From: a virus | Strand: one strand, 5' to 3' | IMG/VR virus record: IMGVR_UViG_3300050034_000187 | Span: 103,866-167,865 of that record | DNA: 64,000 nt | In this document: positions 47,233 through 57,396 of the stretch, one piece after another | How the letters are laid out: each line of letters begins with the position of its first letter | Numbering within the stretch: position 1 is the stretch's first letter | Notes under the pieces: model-generated | Told to the model about the DNA's origin: nothing | What the model saw: the letters and a program-made list of their open reading frames with translations, nothing else | Databases searched by the model: none | Made by a program: the position numbers and the translations under genes

Positions 47233-47474
47233 TGAAATTTAAAGTTGGTGATATAATTTGGTGGAAAGATCATTCTGATGCTGATGATTGTCGTATTTGG
47301 AAAATTGTTGAAATATTAAAACATGGTGAATATATGATTGTTATATATCGAAGAATGTCTGGAGATTATCCAAGTTATGAAGAGTTGAGGTTATTTAAAT
47401 TAACTTCGGACATAGCTGGTGGGATGGAAAAAGTATCATCGGAAGAAATTATGCAACTTGACATGGAATTATAA
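47232..47474 (+). CDS. ME-tail family small protein (array C)
   Basis: MKFKVGD; VSSEEIMQLDMEL. Confidence 0.8.
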   Translation: MKFKVGDIIWWKDHSDADDCRIWKIVEILKHGEYMIVIYRRMSGDYPSYEELRLFKLTSDIAGGMEKVSSEEIMQLDMEL

Positions 47475-47534
47475 GAACATTTGAAATAACATTTGTTAAC
47501 GAGTAAACTGGTATTATAACAAGGAGAAACAACA

Positions 47535-48248
47535 TTGATTATTGACGCACTCAAGGAAATTATCGCACATACTTATTCACTCTCATTAGAAAAGGTGAAG
47601 GTATTAGGAACCGAAGATTCCACGACTTTTATTTCACAAGCAAACAACATTTATCTTAATAGTGAATTTAAAAATCCTATTCCAGAATTTTCTGGTATGT
47701 TTGGATTACATGATTTGGCACGGTTGAATACCATTGTTAATATTCCAGAATATTCAGAAAATGCAAAGGTTTCAATTAAGGAATCAAATGGTATTCCTTC
47801 TAGTATCACTTTTGTAAATGAGAAGGGCGATTTTAAGAATGAATATCGATTTATGGCTCATGCGGTAATTGATGAGGAAGTTCCAAGCCGAACCATTCGT
47901 TCAATTCCATGGGATATCACAGTTATTCCAACTGTGCAAAGTATTCAACGATTGAAGTATCAAAGTCAAGCAACCGGAAATACCGTTACAACGTTTCGAG
48001 CATGGACTGAAAATGGTTCATTGAAGTTTGCTCTGGGCGAAGCGGGTTCTGTTTGTGGAGATTTTGAATTTTCTAATAATGTTCCTGATCGTATCAAGGA
48101 AGCAACAAATTGGCCATTGACCACCGTTTTGGCAGTTCTCTCTTTACAGGGAGAGAAGACCTTGAAAATTTATGGTGGTGGATTAATGGAAATCACGGTG
48201 GATAGCGGATTTGCCATTCATCAATATAGTATTGGCGCAGTAATTTAA
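47535..48248 (+). CDS. Probable sliding clamp (gp45-like)
   Basis: About 237 aa; FGLHDLARL and YRF motifs as in T4-like clamps; near polB. Confidence 0.6.
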   Translation: MIIDALKEIIAHTYSLSLEKVKVLGTEDSTTFISQANNIYLNSEFKNPIPEFSGMFGLHDLARLNTIVNIPEYSENAKVSIKESNGIPSSITFVNEKGDFKNEYRFMAHAVIDEEVPSRTIRSIPWDITVIPTVQSIQRLKYQSQATGNTVTTFRAWTENGSLKFALGEAGSVCGDFEFSNNVPDRIKEATNWPLTTVLAVLSLQGEKTLKIYGGGLMEITVDSGFAIHQYSIGAVI

Positions 48249-48251
48249 AAT

Positions 48252-48277
48252 AAAAGGAGCCGAAGGGCTCCTTTTTC
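48252..48277 (+). terminator. Intrinsic terminator
   Basis: AAAAGGAGCC-gaag-GGCTCCTTTTT. Confidence 0.8.
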
Positions 48278-48313
48278 ATTGACATAATATAGAAATCGCG
48301 GTATTATCTTTAC

Positions 48314-49141
48314 ATGAGCTACTTCAAAAGCAACGGCGAAATCTTCGAAGGAACGGTTTTTGATGCCAACGAAAAGAAGGGCATTGCCTATTATTCTTTT
48401 CAGGACAAGTGCCATAAATGTGGTGGCGCTGGCGGTAGGCCCGAGTGGAATTATACCGGGTGGGTTTGCTTTCGTTGTGGTGGAAGCGGTCTGGAAGCGG
48501 TTAAAACGGACAAGGTTTATAATGCCGTGGCATATGCAAAGATGGATGCTGCTCGTGCCAAGCGTGCCATTGCTAAGAAGATTAAGGATGATATCAAGGT
48601 TGCAGAGTATAAAGCAAAGCAGGAAGAGATTGCTGCAACTATTCGGGAAAAGGGACTTGCATTTTCCAAAGAGCATTCCGAGGAAATTTCTTTCTTGAAT
48701 AATTATCAAGAGAATCTTTCCAACGAAAATGCCAAGTATAATGATTTTCTTTCGTCTCTATACGCCATGTTTGATAAGAATGGATATTTGAGCGATAATC
48801 AACTTGCCTCTATTCAAAAGATGCTTGCCGCCAAGAAAGAACTTTCCGAATCTAGTTTTATTGATGCAAATATCGGAGATAAGATTGAAAAGAGTCTTAC
48901 TTTGGTGAAAGCATTCACCTTCAAAACTTCATACTCATATTATTCTTGCTCGACCATCTATATCATGAAGGATGAAGATGGGAATTATTATAAGTATTGC
49001 GGATCGACTGGCAAGAATGTTCCAGAAGTTATTGGAGAAACCCGCAAAATTCAATTCACCATCAAGGAATTTTCAACCTATAATGATATGAAGCAAACTG
49101 TCATCGCTCGTCCTAAGCTGCTTGATTCAATTGCAGCTTAG
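48314..49141 (+). CDS. Zinc-finger plus OB-fold-like protein, leaderless
   Basis: CHKCGGAG, CFRCGGSG, LSDNQ and C-terminal QTVIARPK. Confidence 0.65.
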   Translation: MSYFKSNGEIFEGTVFDANEKKGIAYYSFQDKCHKCGGAGGRPEWNYTGWVCFRCGGSGLEAVKTDKVYNAVAYAKMDAARAKRAIAKKIKDDIKVAEYKAKQEEIAATIREKGLAFSKEHSEEISFLNNYQENLSNENAKYNDFLSSLYAMFDKNGYLSDNQLASIQKMLAAKKELSESSFIDANIGDKIEKSLTLVKAFTFKTSYSYYSCSTIYIMKDEDGNYYKYCGSTGKNVPEVIGETRKIQFTIKEFSTYNDMKQTVIARPKLLDSIAA

Positions 49142-49160
49142 GCTTTAAAAGGAGATTGAA

Positions 49161-50546
49161 TTGTACACAATTATTTTTATTACTGCGCTAATTTCTTTGG
49201 GAATTGGATTAGCTATCAAAATTATTGATGGAAGAAAATTTTCATGGATTGAATTTACAATCGGGATTGGTGTAAGTGTTTTTATTATTGGCCCGGCGGT
49301 TGCACATATTGGATATAGCTTATCCAAAAATAATTTAACTGAATTTTCAGAATATCGAAATGGTTGGGAACTATCCGCAAATAAGAGTATGGTAGAATGC
49401 ACGCGTGATGGAAGCTGTCATTATACATATGATTGTGATCCATATACGGTTGTTGTTCCAGAAACTTCCTGTGATAGCAAAGGAACCTGCCATACTACTT
49501 ATCATACCGAAACCAAGTACCATGATTGCCCCTATTCTTCGGAAGAAGATAGCTATAGCATTCATACCACGTTAGGTGATTATAATATCGCAAGCGGAGT
49601 ATTCCCAAACAATCCTCAGCAGCATCGCTATCGCGACTATGAGGCTATTCCTGCCTCTGTTATCTCTTCGGCGGGGGTCGGCTCACCAAATTTTTGGAAT
49701 GCTGCCTACACTCGAATTAAGAATGGCAGTCCGGGTCCTGTTGCTATTCGAGCGAATTATAAAAATTATATTCTTGCCAGTGACAATACCATTTTGAAGC
49801 AATATTCAAATGATATTTCTACCTATCAAAAGAAGGGATTGCTTCCTTCAATTAATTCAACCATTGAAGATACTTATCATGCTCGGAAGGTATATTTTGT
49901 GGGAGTACCGGCAAATAATTATTGGGATTGGGAAAGTAGAATGCAATATCTTGATTCCGCGCTCGGAAGCGAACGGCAAGGTGATGCTCACTTAATTATT
50001 GTCAATGCTAACATGATAGATAATCCAGATAATTATATTCTGGCAGTAAAAAGCTATTGGCAAGATAAGAAAATATTTGATAAAAATACTTTGGCAAAGA
50101 ATGGTATTCTAATTGTGGCAGGAACTACTAATGGCAAAACCGTTTCTTGGATGAGAGCTACCACAGGAATGCCCATTGGAAATCAACAGTTAATCACGGC
50201 ATTTCAAAATGTAGCAAGTATTCCGTTGACTCCTTTAGCAGTGATCGGAAATACATATTCTAAGATTGACAAAGGGGTGGTTAAGACTTATCATATGAAT
50301 GGAGCAATTGAGAATATTCTTTGGAATAATACCACCGGATTTCGTCGTGTAAGTATGTCTGGAAAGAATGGTCCCGGATTTAAATACCTTTTAGATGAAA
50401 TTCAACCAACAACTGGCGGAACCATTTTAATTTATTTCATTGCAATTCTATTGGATATTGTGTTATGGTGTATGTTGATTTACATTTCTGAGCAAATGGT
50501 TTCATCATCAAATCATTCAACCACCTCGCATAACAACTTTTTGTAG
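49161..50546 (+). CDS. Membrane protein with an extracytoplasmic TPM-like domain
   Basis: Two N-terminal and one C-terminal TM helix; Cys-rich loop; KNGILIV. Confidence 0.6.
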   Translation: MYTIIFITALISLGIGLAIKIIDGRKFSWIEFTIGIGVSVFIIGPAVAHIGYSLSKNNLTEFSEYRNGWELSANKSMVECTRDGSCHYTYDCDPYTVVVPETSCDSKGTCHTTYHTETKYHDCPYSSEEDSYSIHTTLGDYNIASGVFPNNPQQHRYRDYEAIPASVISSAGVGSPNFWNAAYTRIKNGSPGPVAIRANYKNYILASDNTILKQYSNDISTYQKKGLLPSINSTIEDTYHARKVYFVGVPANNYWDWESRMQYLDSALGSERQGDAHLIIVNANMIDNPDNYILAVKSYWQDKKIFDKNTLAKNGILIVAGTTNGKTVSWMRATTGMPIGNQQLITAFQNVASIPLTPLAVIGNTYSKIDKGVVKTYHMNGAIENILWNNTTGFRRVSMSGKNGPGFKYLLDEIQPTTGGTILIYFIAILLDIVLWCMLIYISEQMVSSSNHSTTSHNNFL

Positions 50547-50559
50547 AAAGGAATACTCC

Positions 50560-50796
50560 ATGGCAATTAAAGCAGATGAAAATAATGCACTTCTTCCCTA
50601 TGGATTACGGGTTGCATTCAAGTTATCCGATGAAATTTTTGGAAAAGGGATTATCTATGGTTGTGTCAATAATGGAGCAGCTATCATTGGCCGGGGATAT
50701 GCGGTGAAGTATGATGAAATTTCAATTGATTATCATGAATATCCGATGATCACCGCATTCGAATGTCAACTAACAATTATTAATCAGGAGGATTAA
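50560..50796 (+). CDS. Hypothetical protein
   Basis: AAGGA RBS. Confidence 0.55.
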   Translation: MAIKADENNALLPYGLRVAFKLSDEIFGKGIIYGCVNNGAAIIGRGYAVKYDEISIDYHEYPMITAFECQLTIINQED

Positions 50797-51432
50797 ATGA
50801 GTAAAACAGGCAATATTATTTTGGGAATTTTCGTAGCAATTGTAGCAGTTATTTTATTTTCAACTATCGGCGCTTTTTCGTATGTCAATTCAATTCGCAA
50901 TGAAGGAGTTGGGTATGAATCTCAACTTAATGCTCAGTATCTTTCAAATCAAAACTATCTAAGTTCGTATATTTCCGGATTTTACGAGCAGACTGGCCTT
51001 GTTAAGTATAAGAGTGAAAAGCTTGATCAGATTTTAAGTGATTATGCCAAGGGACGTTCTGGTGGAAGCGACAAGGAAGATCGTGGTAATTTTATTAATG
51101 CTGTTCATGAGGCTGCACCAGATCTTTCTGGATTGAATATTGCAGACAAGATGTTGGCATATGTTTCATCTGGTCGAGCCGGTTATCGAGATAAGCAGGA
51201 TCAGCTTCTTGATCTATTGCGTAGTTATGATAAGTGGCGTAATACTGGAATCTTTCAAAGTATGATTATTAAGAATGTTCTAAATTATCCATCTGATAAT
51301 TTAGAAGCGCGTATTGGTACAACCGTTGTTAGAGGTTCATCTGCTCGGGATAAGATGTATGAGATTGTGCTTGCGCCGCAAGCCAAGACTGCATATCAAT
51401 CTGGCGAAATGACTCCTCTCAGTATTAAGTAA
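50797..51432 (+). CDS. LemA-like membrane-anchored protein
   Basis: N-terminal TM helix; helical body with GRAGY...Q..L.D..RSY. Confidence 0.55.
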   Translation: MSKTGNIILGIFVAIVAVILFSTIGAFSYVNSIRNEGVGYESQLNAQYLSNQNYLSSYISGFYEQTGLVKYKSEKLDQILSDYAKGRSGGSDKEDRGNFINAVHEAAPDLSGLNIADKMLAYVSSGRAGYRDKQDQLLDLLRSYDKWRNTGIFQSMIIKNVLNYPSDNLEARIGTTVVRGSSARDKMYEIVLAPQAKTAYQSGEMTPLSIK

Positions 51433-51667
51433 TGAAAATTTATTGTGCTGGATGACTATATTGAAGTTGTCCAGCATAATAAATTACTTGTCAGATGTGC
51501 GCGGCTTAAATAATTTAATATTTAACCTCGTCGGCAAGAATTCTCCCACCTCAATGAGTCTCAACGAATAGGTGGGAGATGAATTGCCGTCCTTACTTAT
51601 GTTGTAATTGCTAATACTTCCCCTTCATGATATAATCAGTAGTATAACGATGAATGGAGGAAATACA

Positions 51668-52069
51668 ATGGATTTAGACAACAATAATCATTCAGTATTC
51701 TTGATGTATTATCATCTAGTCTTTGTCGTAAAGTACCGTAGAAAAGTTATTGACGATACTGTTTCTTCTAGCCTAAAAGGAATATTTGAGCGCATATCAC
51801 CAAACTACAATATCTCCTTACAAGAATGGAATCACGACAAAGATCATGTTCATGTACTGTTCAAGGCTCACCCTAATACCGAGTTATCAAAATTCATCAA
51901 CTCCTATAAGAGTGCTTCATCACGATTGATTAAGAAAGAGTATCCTCAAATTCGTAAATCATTGTGGAAAGAGTACTTTTGGTCAAGAAGTTTTTGTTTA
52001 CTTACTACTGGTGGCGCGCCTATTGACGTTGTGAAGAGATATATCGAAAGCCAAGGTGAGAAGTTATGA
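51668..52069 (+). CDS. tnpA: IS200/IS605 transposase
   Basis: YHLVFVVKYRR, DHVHVL, FWSRSF and YIESQ. Confidence 0.95.
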   Translation: MDLDNNNHSVFLMYYHLVFVVKYRRKVIDDTVSSSLKGIFERISPNYNISLQEWNHDKDHVHVLFKAHPNTELSKFINSYKSASSRLIKKEYPQIRKSLWKEYFWSRSFCLLTTGGAPIDVVKRYIESQGEKL

Positions 52070-53139
52070 TTAAGGCTTTCAAGTACCGCATATACCCAAA
52101 CAATGAGCAACGTGAATATTTTGCTAAGACGTTTGGTTGTACTAGATTCGTGTATAATCGGATGTTGCATGACAAGATCGAACATTACAAAACTACTGAG
52201 CAAACTCTAAAGAATACACCAGCACAATATAAGGATGAATTCCCTTGGCTAAAAGAAGTGGACAGCCTAGCACTTGCTAATGCTCAAATGAATTTAGAAA
52301 AGGCTTATAAAAACTTCTTTCGAGATAAAAGTGTTGGTTTTCCAAAATTCAAGAGCAAAAAGAATAATCACCGTAGTTATACCACCAATAACCAGAAGGG
52401 TACTGTGTCGATTGAGAATAGGCATATCAAACTACCTAAACTAAAATCAATGGTCAGAATTAAGCAACATAGGTTATTTGATGGTTTGATAAAGTCTTGC
52501 ACTGTCTCGCAAACTCCAAGTGGTAAATACTTTGTATCAATATTGGTTGAATGTGAGATTGAGAAACTACCACAATTAGAAACTAAAGTGGGTATTGATG
52601 TTGGTATAAAAACTTTTGCCTTTATGTCCAATGGTAAAGAAATTGCAAATCCTAAGCACCTCAGAAAGTCAGAAAAGCGACTTGCTAAACTACAAAAAGA
52701 CCTGTCCAGAAAACAAAAAGGCAGTCGCAATCGTGCCAAGGCTAGAATCAAAGTTGCTACACTACATGAGAAAATAAGCAACCAAAGACTTGATTTCCTA
52801 CACAAAATATCTTTTGAAATTATCCGCGATAACCAAGCAATAGTTCTCGAAGATTTGAAAATCAAGAACATGGTCAAAAACCATAAGCTGGCAAAATCCA
52901 TCTCAGAAGTGTCATGGGGAATGTTTAGAGCAATGATTGAATATAAGGCTGAATGGTACGGTAGAGAGGTTATTATTGCGCCTCCCAATTATGCCAGTAG
53001 CCAACTTTGTTCTGAATGTGGCAATAAATCGAGTCAAACAAAAGATTTGTCTTGCAGAACTTATATGTGTCCCGTATGTGGTTTAGAGATTGATCGGGAC
53101 TATAATGCAAGCCTAAATCTACTAAAGTTAGCTGTGTAA
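52066..53139 (+). CDS. tnpB: TnpB
   Basis: AFKYRIYP, GIDVG, LEDL, DRDYNA and a zinc finger. Confidence 0.95.
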   Translation: MIKAFKYRIYPNNEQREYFAKTFGCTRFVYNRMLHDKIEHYKTTEQTLKNTPAQYKDEFPWLKEVDSLALANAQMNLEKAYKNFFRDKSVGFPKFKSKKNNHRSYTTNNQKGTVSIENRHIKLPKLKSMVRIKQHRLFDGLIKSCTVSQTPSGKYFVSILVECEIEKLPQLETKVGIDVGIKTFAFMSNGKEIANPKHLRKSEKRLAKLQKDLSRKQKGSRNRAKARIKVATLHEKISNQRLDFLHKISFEIIRDNQAIVLEDLKIKNMVKNHKLAKSISEVSWGMFRAMIEYKAEWYGREVIIAPPNYASSQLCSECGNKSSQTKDLSCRTYMCPVCGLEIDRDYNASLNLLKLAV

Positions 53140-53255
53140 ATACAAGATATATAGCTAATCGGGATAGGACATATCCTTAGAGCTTGGTAATTATGCTGGC
53201 GTTAGTCGGTACGTCCCAAGAAGCCCCCACCTCTTAGGCGGTGGGAGTATGTCAC

Positions 53256-53321
53256 AGGAAGTATTCGTGGATATAATATGCTATTAAGAGAAGAAGCACT
53301 GCAATATAAACTGGAGTTATA
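53256..53321 (+). pseudogene. 3' remnant of an ME-tail gene disrupted by the IS
   Basis: GSIRGYNMLLREEALQYKLEL*; decayed 5' part (DYIEVV) near 51453. Confidence 0.6.
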
Positions 53322-53323
53322 AA

Positions 53324-53578
53324 ATGGACGAATATAAAATTGGAGATTATATTGAAGTTATCAAAGACAATGATGAAATTATGATTTGTATAATTGATAA
53401 CATATATAGTGAAGAAATTCATGCTATGATTCTAGGTAGGTATCGCGACGATAGTTATGGGTGGATACTGCCCATTAATAAAGGATCTCTTTTTGATAGA
53501 CGCTTCTTTTCGTACCAAACAAAATCATATAGAAAATTATCAAATGAAGAGATTTTGCAATGGAAAATGGAGTTATAA
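53324..53578 (+). CDS. ME-tail family small protein (array D)
   Basis: YKIGD; LSNEEILQWKMEL. Confidence 0.8.
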   Translation: MDEYKIGDYIEVIKDNDEIMICIIDNIYSEEIHAMILGRYRDDSYGWILPINKGSLFDRRFFSYQTKSYRKLSNEEILQWKMEL

Positions 53579-53579
53579 T

Positions 53580-53891
53580 ATGAAAAGTTATCCGCATGGA
53601 ATTAATCCATATTATGCATGGAACGGAGATTATTTACAAATTGGTGATATGGTGCAAGTTTTGGGAGGAATTGGGAAAATTGTTGATATATATCCATATG
53701 GAAATTACAGCAATGCAAAGTTGGATACTCTTGATGATCAAAAATCGGCGGCAGAAATTGTAGTAAAACTTGAACATACTTCTTGGTTGCCCGTTGGAGC
53801 AATGCTTCATAGAAATTATAGACTTGAAACCAGTGATTATATAAGGAAAGTATCGCAAGAAGAAGTTATGCAATATATTATGGAATTGTAA
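53580..53891 (+). CDS. ME-tail family small protein (array D)
   Basis: AWNGDYLQIGD; VSQEEVMQYIMEL. Confidence 0.8.
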   Translation: MKSYPHGINPYYAWNGDYLQIGDMVQVLGGIGKIVDIYPYGNYSNAKLDTLDDQKSAAEIVVKLEHTSWLPVGAMLHRNYRLETSDYIRKVSQEEVMQYIMEL

Positions 53892-53900
53892 GGAGAACGT

Positions 53901-54173
53901 ATGGTTAATGTTAATACTGGCAGAAATTTTAAAACTTACATTGCATGGAATGGTGATGAAGTAAATGTAGGAGATTACATCAAATATCAAAGATTGTTTC
54001 CTTGCGCCAAAGACTCGGAATCTTTATATATAAACAAAGTGGATTATTTTTATGAAAATCATAAGTTTGCTTCAATTGATAATGGAAAACACATAGTAGA
54101 CCTCGATAGTTCCGATAAGTATTTGGGGAAAGCATCAAAAGAAGAATACCTACAATATATCATGGAGTTGTGA
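53901..54173 (+). CDS. ME-tail family small protein (array D)
   Basis: AWNGDEVNVGD; SKEEYLQYIMEL. Confidence 0.8.
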   Translation: MVNVNTGRNFKTYIAWNGDEVNVGDYIKYQRLFPCAKDSESLYINKVDYFYENHKFASIDNGKHIVDLDSSDKYLGKASKEEYLQYIMEL

Positions 54174-54174
54174 A

Positions 54175-54426
54175 ATGGACGAATATAAAATTGGAGATTA
54201 TTTGGAAGTTATCAAAGACAATGATGAAATTATGATTTGTATAATTGATAGAATCGATGACAAAGATATTATTACCGTTCCGTTTGATAAAGTCAATTGT
54301 TATCAGAATGTTTGGCTTCTTCCTCTATATTTGTCTAAACTCACTAATGCAATGTTGGGATATATTACGAAAGCATATCGAAAATTATCAAATGAAGAAG
54401 TATTGCAATGGAAAATGGAGCAATAA
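54175..54426 (+). CDS. ME-tail family small protein (array D)
   Basis: YKIGD; LSNEEVLQWKMEQ. Confidence 0.8.
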   Translation: MDEYKIGDYLEVIKDNDEIMICIIDRIDDKDIITVPFDKVNCYQNVWLLPLYLSKLTNAMLGYITKAYRKLSNEEVLQWKMEQ

Positions 54427-54430
54427 TGAA

Positions 54431-54700
54431 ATGGTGAGCGCATGGACCGGAGAAAAATTAGAAATCAATGATATAGTACAGGTTGATGGTGGAGTTGGAA
54501 TAATTCAACAAATTTCCACTAGGAATACTGCGCTGGCGGTAGCATCGGATTATATTGTGGTTAAATTATTGGTTAAATTTAAAGTAAATGACTATCCAGA
54601 CTATCCAACAACAGTCAGACGAAATTATACTGTTAAATCAAATGATTTTGTAAGAAAATTATCAAATGAAGAATTACTTCAACTTCAAATGGAGCAATAA
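54431..54700 (+). CDS. ME-tail family small protein (array D)
   Basis: AWTGEKLEIND; LSNEELLQLQMEQ. Confidence 0.8.
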   Translation: MVSAWTGEKLEINDIVQVDGGVGIIQQISTRNTALAVASDYIVVKLLVKFKVNDYPDYPTTVRRNYTVKSNDFVRKLSNEELLQLQMEQ

Positions 54701-54931
54701 ATGAAATATGCAAAAGGTGATTATATTGAAGTTACCCCCGAGGATGGAAAAATATTCGTGGGGAAAATTTCTTCAATAGATTCTATTCGATTTTATATTA
54801 AAAGCGGTCCATCTCATACTCAATGGTTCTTGCCCTTAAATAAGTTGCATCTAAGAAATCGTAATTATAATACCAAAGCATATCGAAAATTATCAAATGA
54901 AGAAGTATTGCAATGGAAAATGGAATTATAA
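54701..54931 (+). CDS. ME-tail family small protein (array D)
   Basis: YAKGD; LSNEEVLQWKMEL. Confidence 0.8.
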   Translation: MKYAKGDYIEVTPEDGKIFVGKISSIDSIRFYIKSGPSHTQWFLPLNKLHLRNRNYNTKAYRKLSNEEVLQWKMEL

Positions 54932-55018
54932 TTATCTTGCAATCTGTGTTACAACCGTTCATCACAAATATAATATTTAGTATTAAAATGTATAAATTTA
55001 TATGAGATAAATAAACAT

Positions 55019-55588
55019 ATGAGATTAAAAGAATATGCAAAATTACAAGGTATTACTTATCAAACCGCGTGGAATTGGTTCAAATCTGGATTAATTTTGA
55101 ATGCCTATCAAATGCCAACAGGCACAATTATTGTTCCCATTGACAATGACATCACAAATAAAGAAAAAATAATCAATGTTATCTATTGTCGAGTTAGCAA
55201 TCAATCAAGAAAAAAAGAACTAGAATACCAAGTTAAACGAGTTGAAGATTATTGCATAGCAAATGGAATGACAATTTCAAGAGTATATAAAGAAGTAGCA
55301 TCTGGAATGAATGATAATAGGCTTCAATTATGGAAAATGATAAATTCGAAACCAACTACCATAATTGTGGAAAACAAAGATAGATTGACTCGATTTGGTT
55401 TTAGATATATTAAAAATTTACTAGAAAAACTAGATACAAAAATAATTGTAATTCATGAAGATGCCACCGATGAACAGGACTTAATTAAAGATTTGGTATC
55501 AATTATTACCAGTTTTTGTTGTAGATTATATGGTATGCGTCGTGGTTATAAAAAGGCGCAAGAAATAAAGAATACCGCCATTTCTTAA
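55019..55588 (+). CDS. tnpA: IS607 serine transposase
   Basis: MerR-like N-terminal HTH, YCRVS, EVASG, KDRLTRFG and RLYG. Confidence 0.93.
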   Translation: MRLKEYAKLQGITYQTAWNWFKSGLILNAYQMPTGTIIVPIDNDITNKEKIINVIYCRVSNQSRKKELEYQVKRVEDYCIANGMTISRVYKEVASGMNDNRLQLWKMINSKPTTIIVENKDRLTRFGFRYIKNLLEKLDTKIIVIHEDATDEQDLIKDLVSIITSFCCRLYGMRRGYKKAQEIKNTAIS

Positions 55589-55634
55589 ATGATAGTTTTT
55601 TATAAATTTATATAAATAGATATAGAAGAGAATA

Positions 55635-56936
55635 ATGTTACTTATTAGATCAACAAATCACAGCACGAAATATACCAATTCAGATAAGAAAAATAATCTG
55701 AAAGAATTTCTTATTGAATATACCAAAATAATTTGGTGGTTTGTTGACTATTTTTGGGATAATAAAATTATATGGAATAATAAAACACTTGATATTAAAA
55801 ATAATAAATTAGAGTGCCCAAAATTTATTTCAACTACAAATATTAAAGTTCCTTCGGAACTATCTGCTCGGGCGATTAAATTAGCAAGTAGTGCCGCGCT
55901 GGGTATTATTTCAAGCCGAATTGAAAAAAGAAAACGGCAATTTTATGTTCTTAATAAAAAACAACATCTGGATGATAAAGTAGCAAGTGCTAAAATTCAA
56001 TCTAAAATTGATAGCACACCATTAACTAAACCAGAAAGAATCAATAATAAGTTATTTGCTAATTTGGATAGTAATTGCTGTGATTTTCAAAATGAGCATA
56101 ATAAGAAATTTGATGGGTTCTTGGAATTAAAATCCATCTGGAAAACAAGACGAGGATTTAAAATTCGAATTCCAATTAAATTTACAAAGTGCAGTAATAA
56201 ATTTAAAAATAATAAATGGAATTTAAAAACTAGTTGGAATATTTCATTAGATCAAGTAACGGCTCGTTGGGAAAAAGATATTGCAATCTCCGTTGGTAAT
56301 AAAATTATAGGCGGAGATCAGGGTGCAACTACCTGCTTATCTCTATCCGATGGGCAAGTAACGGGTAAAAATAATGATGGTTATGACTTATCGTTCATTA
56401 TGAAAATACTATCAAGAAAGAAAAAAGGAAGTAAAGCATTTAAACGAGCCCAATGTCACCGAACAAATTATATTAATTGGAGTATTAAACAATTAGATTT
56501 TAGTAACATAAAAGAATTTAGATTAGAAAAATTGTTTCAAGTTAGAAAAGGAAGGAAAATTAGTTCTTTTCTAGGTAGTTGGACATATACCCAAATAAAT
56601 GAAGCTATTGTAAATTCCTGTGAATTACTTGGGGTCCAAGTAATATTGCAAGACTCGACTTATAGAAGTCAGCGGTGTTCTTCATGTGGGTGGGTTCAAA
56701 AATCCAATAGGAAGAGAAAGGAGTTTATATGCCATGCGTGCGGAGAAATTCATGATGCAGATATAAATGGCGCTCTTAATCATGTAGTTGACTTATATCA
56801 ACTCCCTACTTGGATTCGACAAAGGAAATTAAATATTGCTGGTTTTTATTGGTTAGAAACCGGAATATTTAATTCATTTGGTCGGGAGCTTACAGTCCCC
56901 GATGAATATAAAAATGCTTTATATTCATTTATATAA
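55635..56936 (+). CDS. tnpB: TnpB (IS607-associated)
   Basis: GGDQG, RLEKL, DADING and CSSCG/CHACG zinc finger. Confidence 0.9.
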   Translation: MLLIRSTNHSTKYTNSDKKNNLKEFLIEYTKIIWWFVDYFWDNKIIWNNKTLDIKNNKLECPKFISTTNIKVPSELSARAIKLASSAALGIISSRIEKRKRQFYVLNKKQHLDDKVASAKIQSKIDSTPLTKPERINNKLFANLDSNCCDFQNEHNKKFDGFLELKSIWKTRRGFKIRIPIKFTKCSNKFKNNKWNLKTSWNISLDQVTARWEKDIAISVGNKIIGGDQGATTCLSLSDGQVTGKNNDGYDLSFIMKILSRKKKGSKAFKRAQCHRTNYINWSIKQLDFSNIKEFRLEKLFQVRKGRKISSFLGSWTYTQINEAIVNSCELLGVQVILQDSTYRSQRCSSCGWVQKSNRKRKEFICHACGEIHDADINGALNHVVDLYQLPTWIRQRKLNIAGFYWLETGIFNSFGRELTVPDEYKNALYSFI

Positions 56937-56985
56937 AAAGCATTACTGTTAAAAGCTGTTATAATACAAATAGAAAGAAGGCAAA

Positions 56986-57396
56986 ATGCAAACTATTAAA
57001 ATGTATATGGCGTATGATATGGCAAGATTTTTACATAGGAATCAATTAGATAAAGCTGGTAAGAAATATTTTAATCATCCGCTGCGCGTTGCTGAAAAAG
57101 TAAAATCATATGGAGAATTATATTATGTTGCTGCCATACTCCATGACTGCGTAGAGGATACCTCGATAACCTTGAAAGATATTATATACTATTTCGGAGA
57201 AGATGTTGGAGAAATTGTAGATTGTATTAGTCGCAGGAACGGAGAAAAGTATATGGATTTTGTTGATCGATGCAAGAAGAATGAAATTGCAAAGATTATT
57301 AAACTAGCAGATATAGAAGACAATTCTGATCCGATTAGGAGGTTTGGCGATGATAAGAGTTATGCCTCGCTAATTAGTGAACTACTGCGACCATAA
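56986..57396 (+). pseudogene. HD-domain (RelA/SpoT hydrolase, Mesh1-like) gene with its 3' end displaced by an IS
   Basis: HRNQ.DKAG..Y..HPLRVA, LHDCVEDT and KLADIEDN; native tail NKYARARKRLTEELNV* at 58619-58668. Confidence 0.8.

Larger units (their letters stand above)
51526..53255 (+). mobile_element. IS200/IS605-family element (tnpA+tnpB), target TTTAA
   Basis: LE hairpin CTCCCACCT/AGGTGGGAG; RE guide GAAG plus hairpin ending TCAC; excision restores NNLIFKGSIRG...EEALQYKLEL. Confidence 0.88.
54952..56951 (+). mobile_element. IS607-family element (serine recombinase plus TnpB)
   Basis: TGTTA at both junctions; removal restores TTGCAA-N17-TATAAT. Confidence 0.75.
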
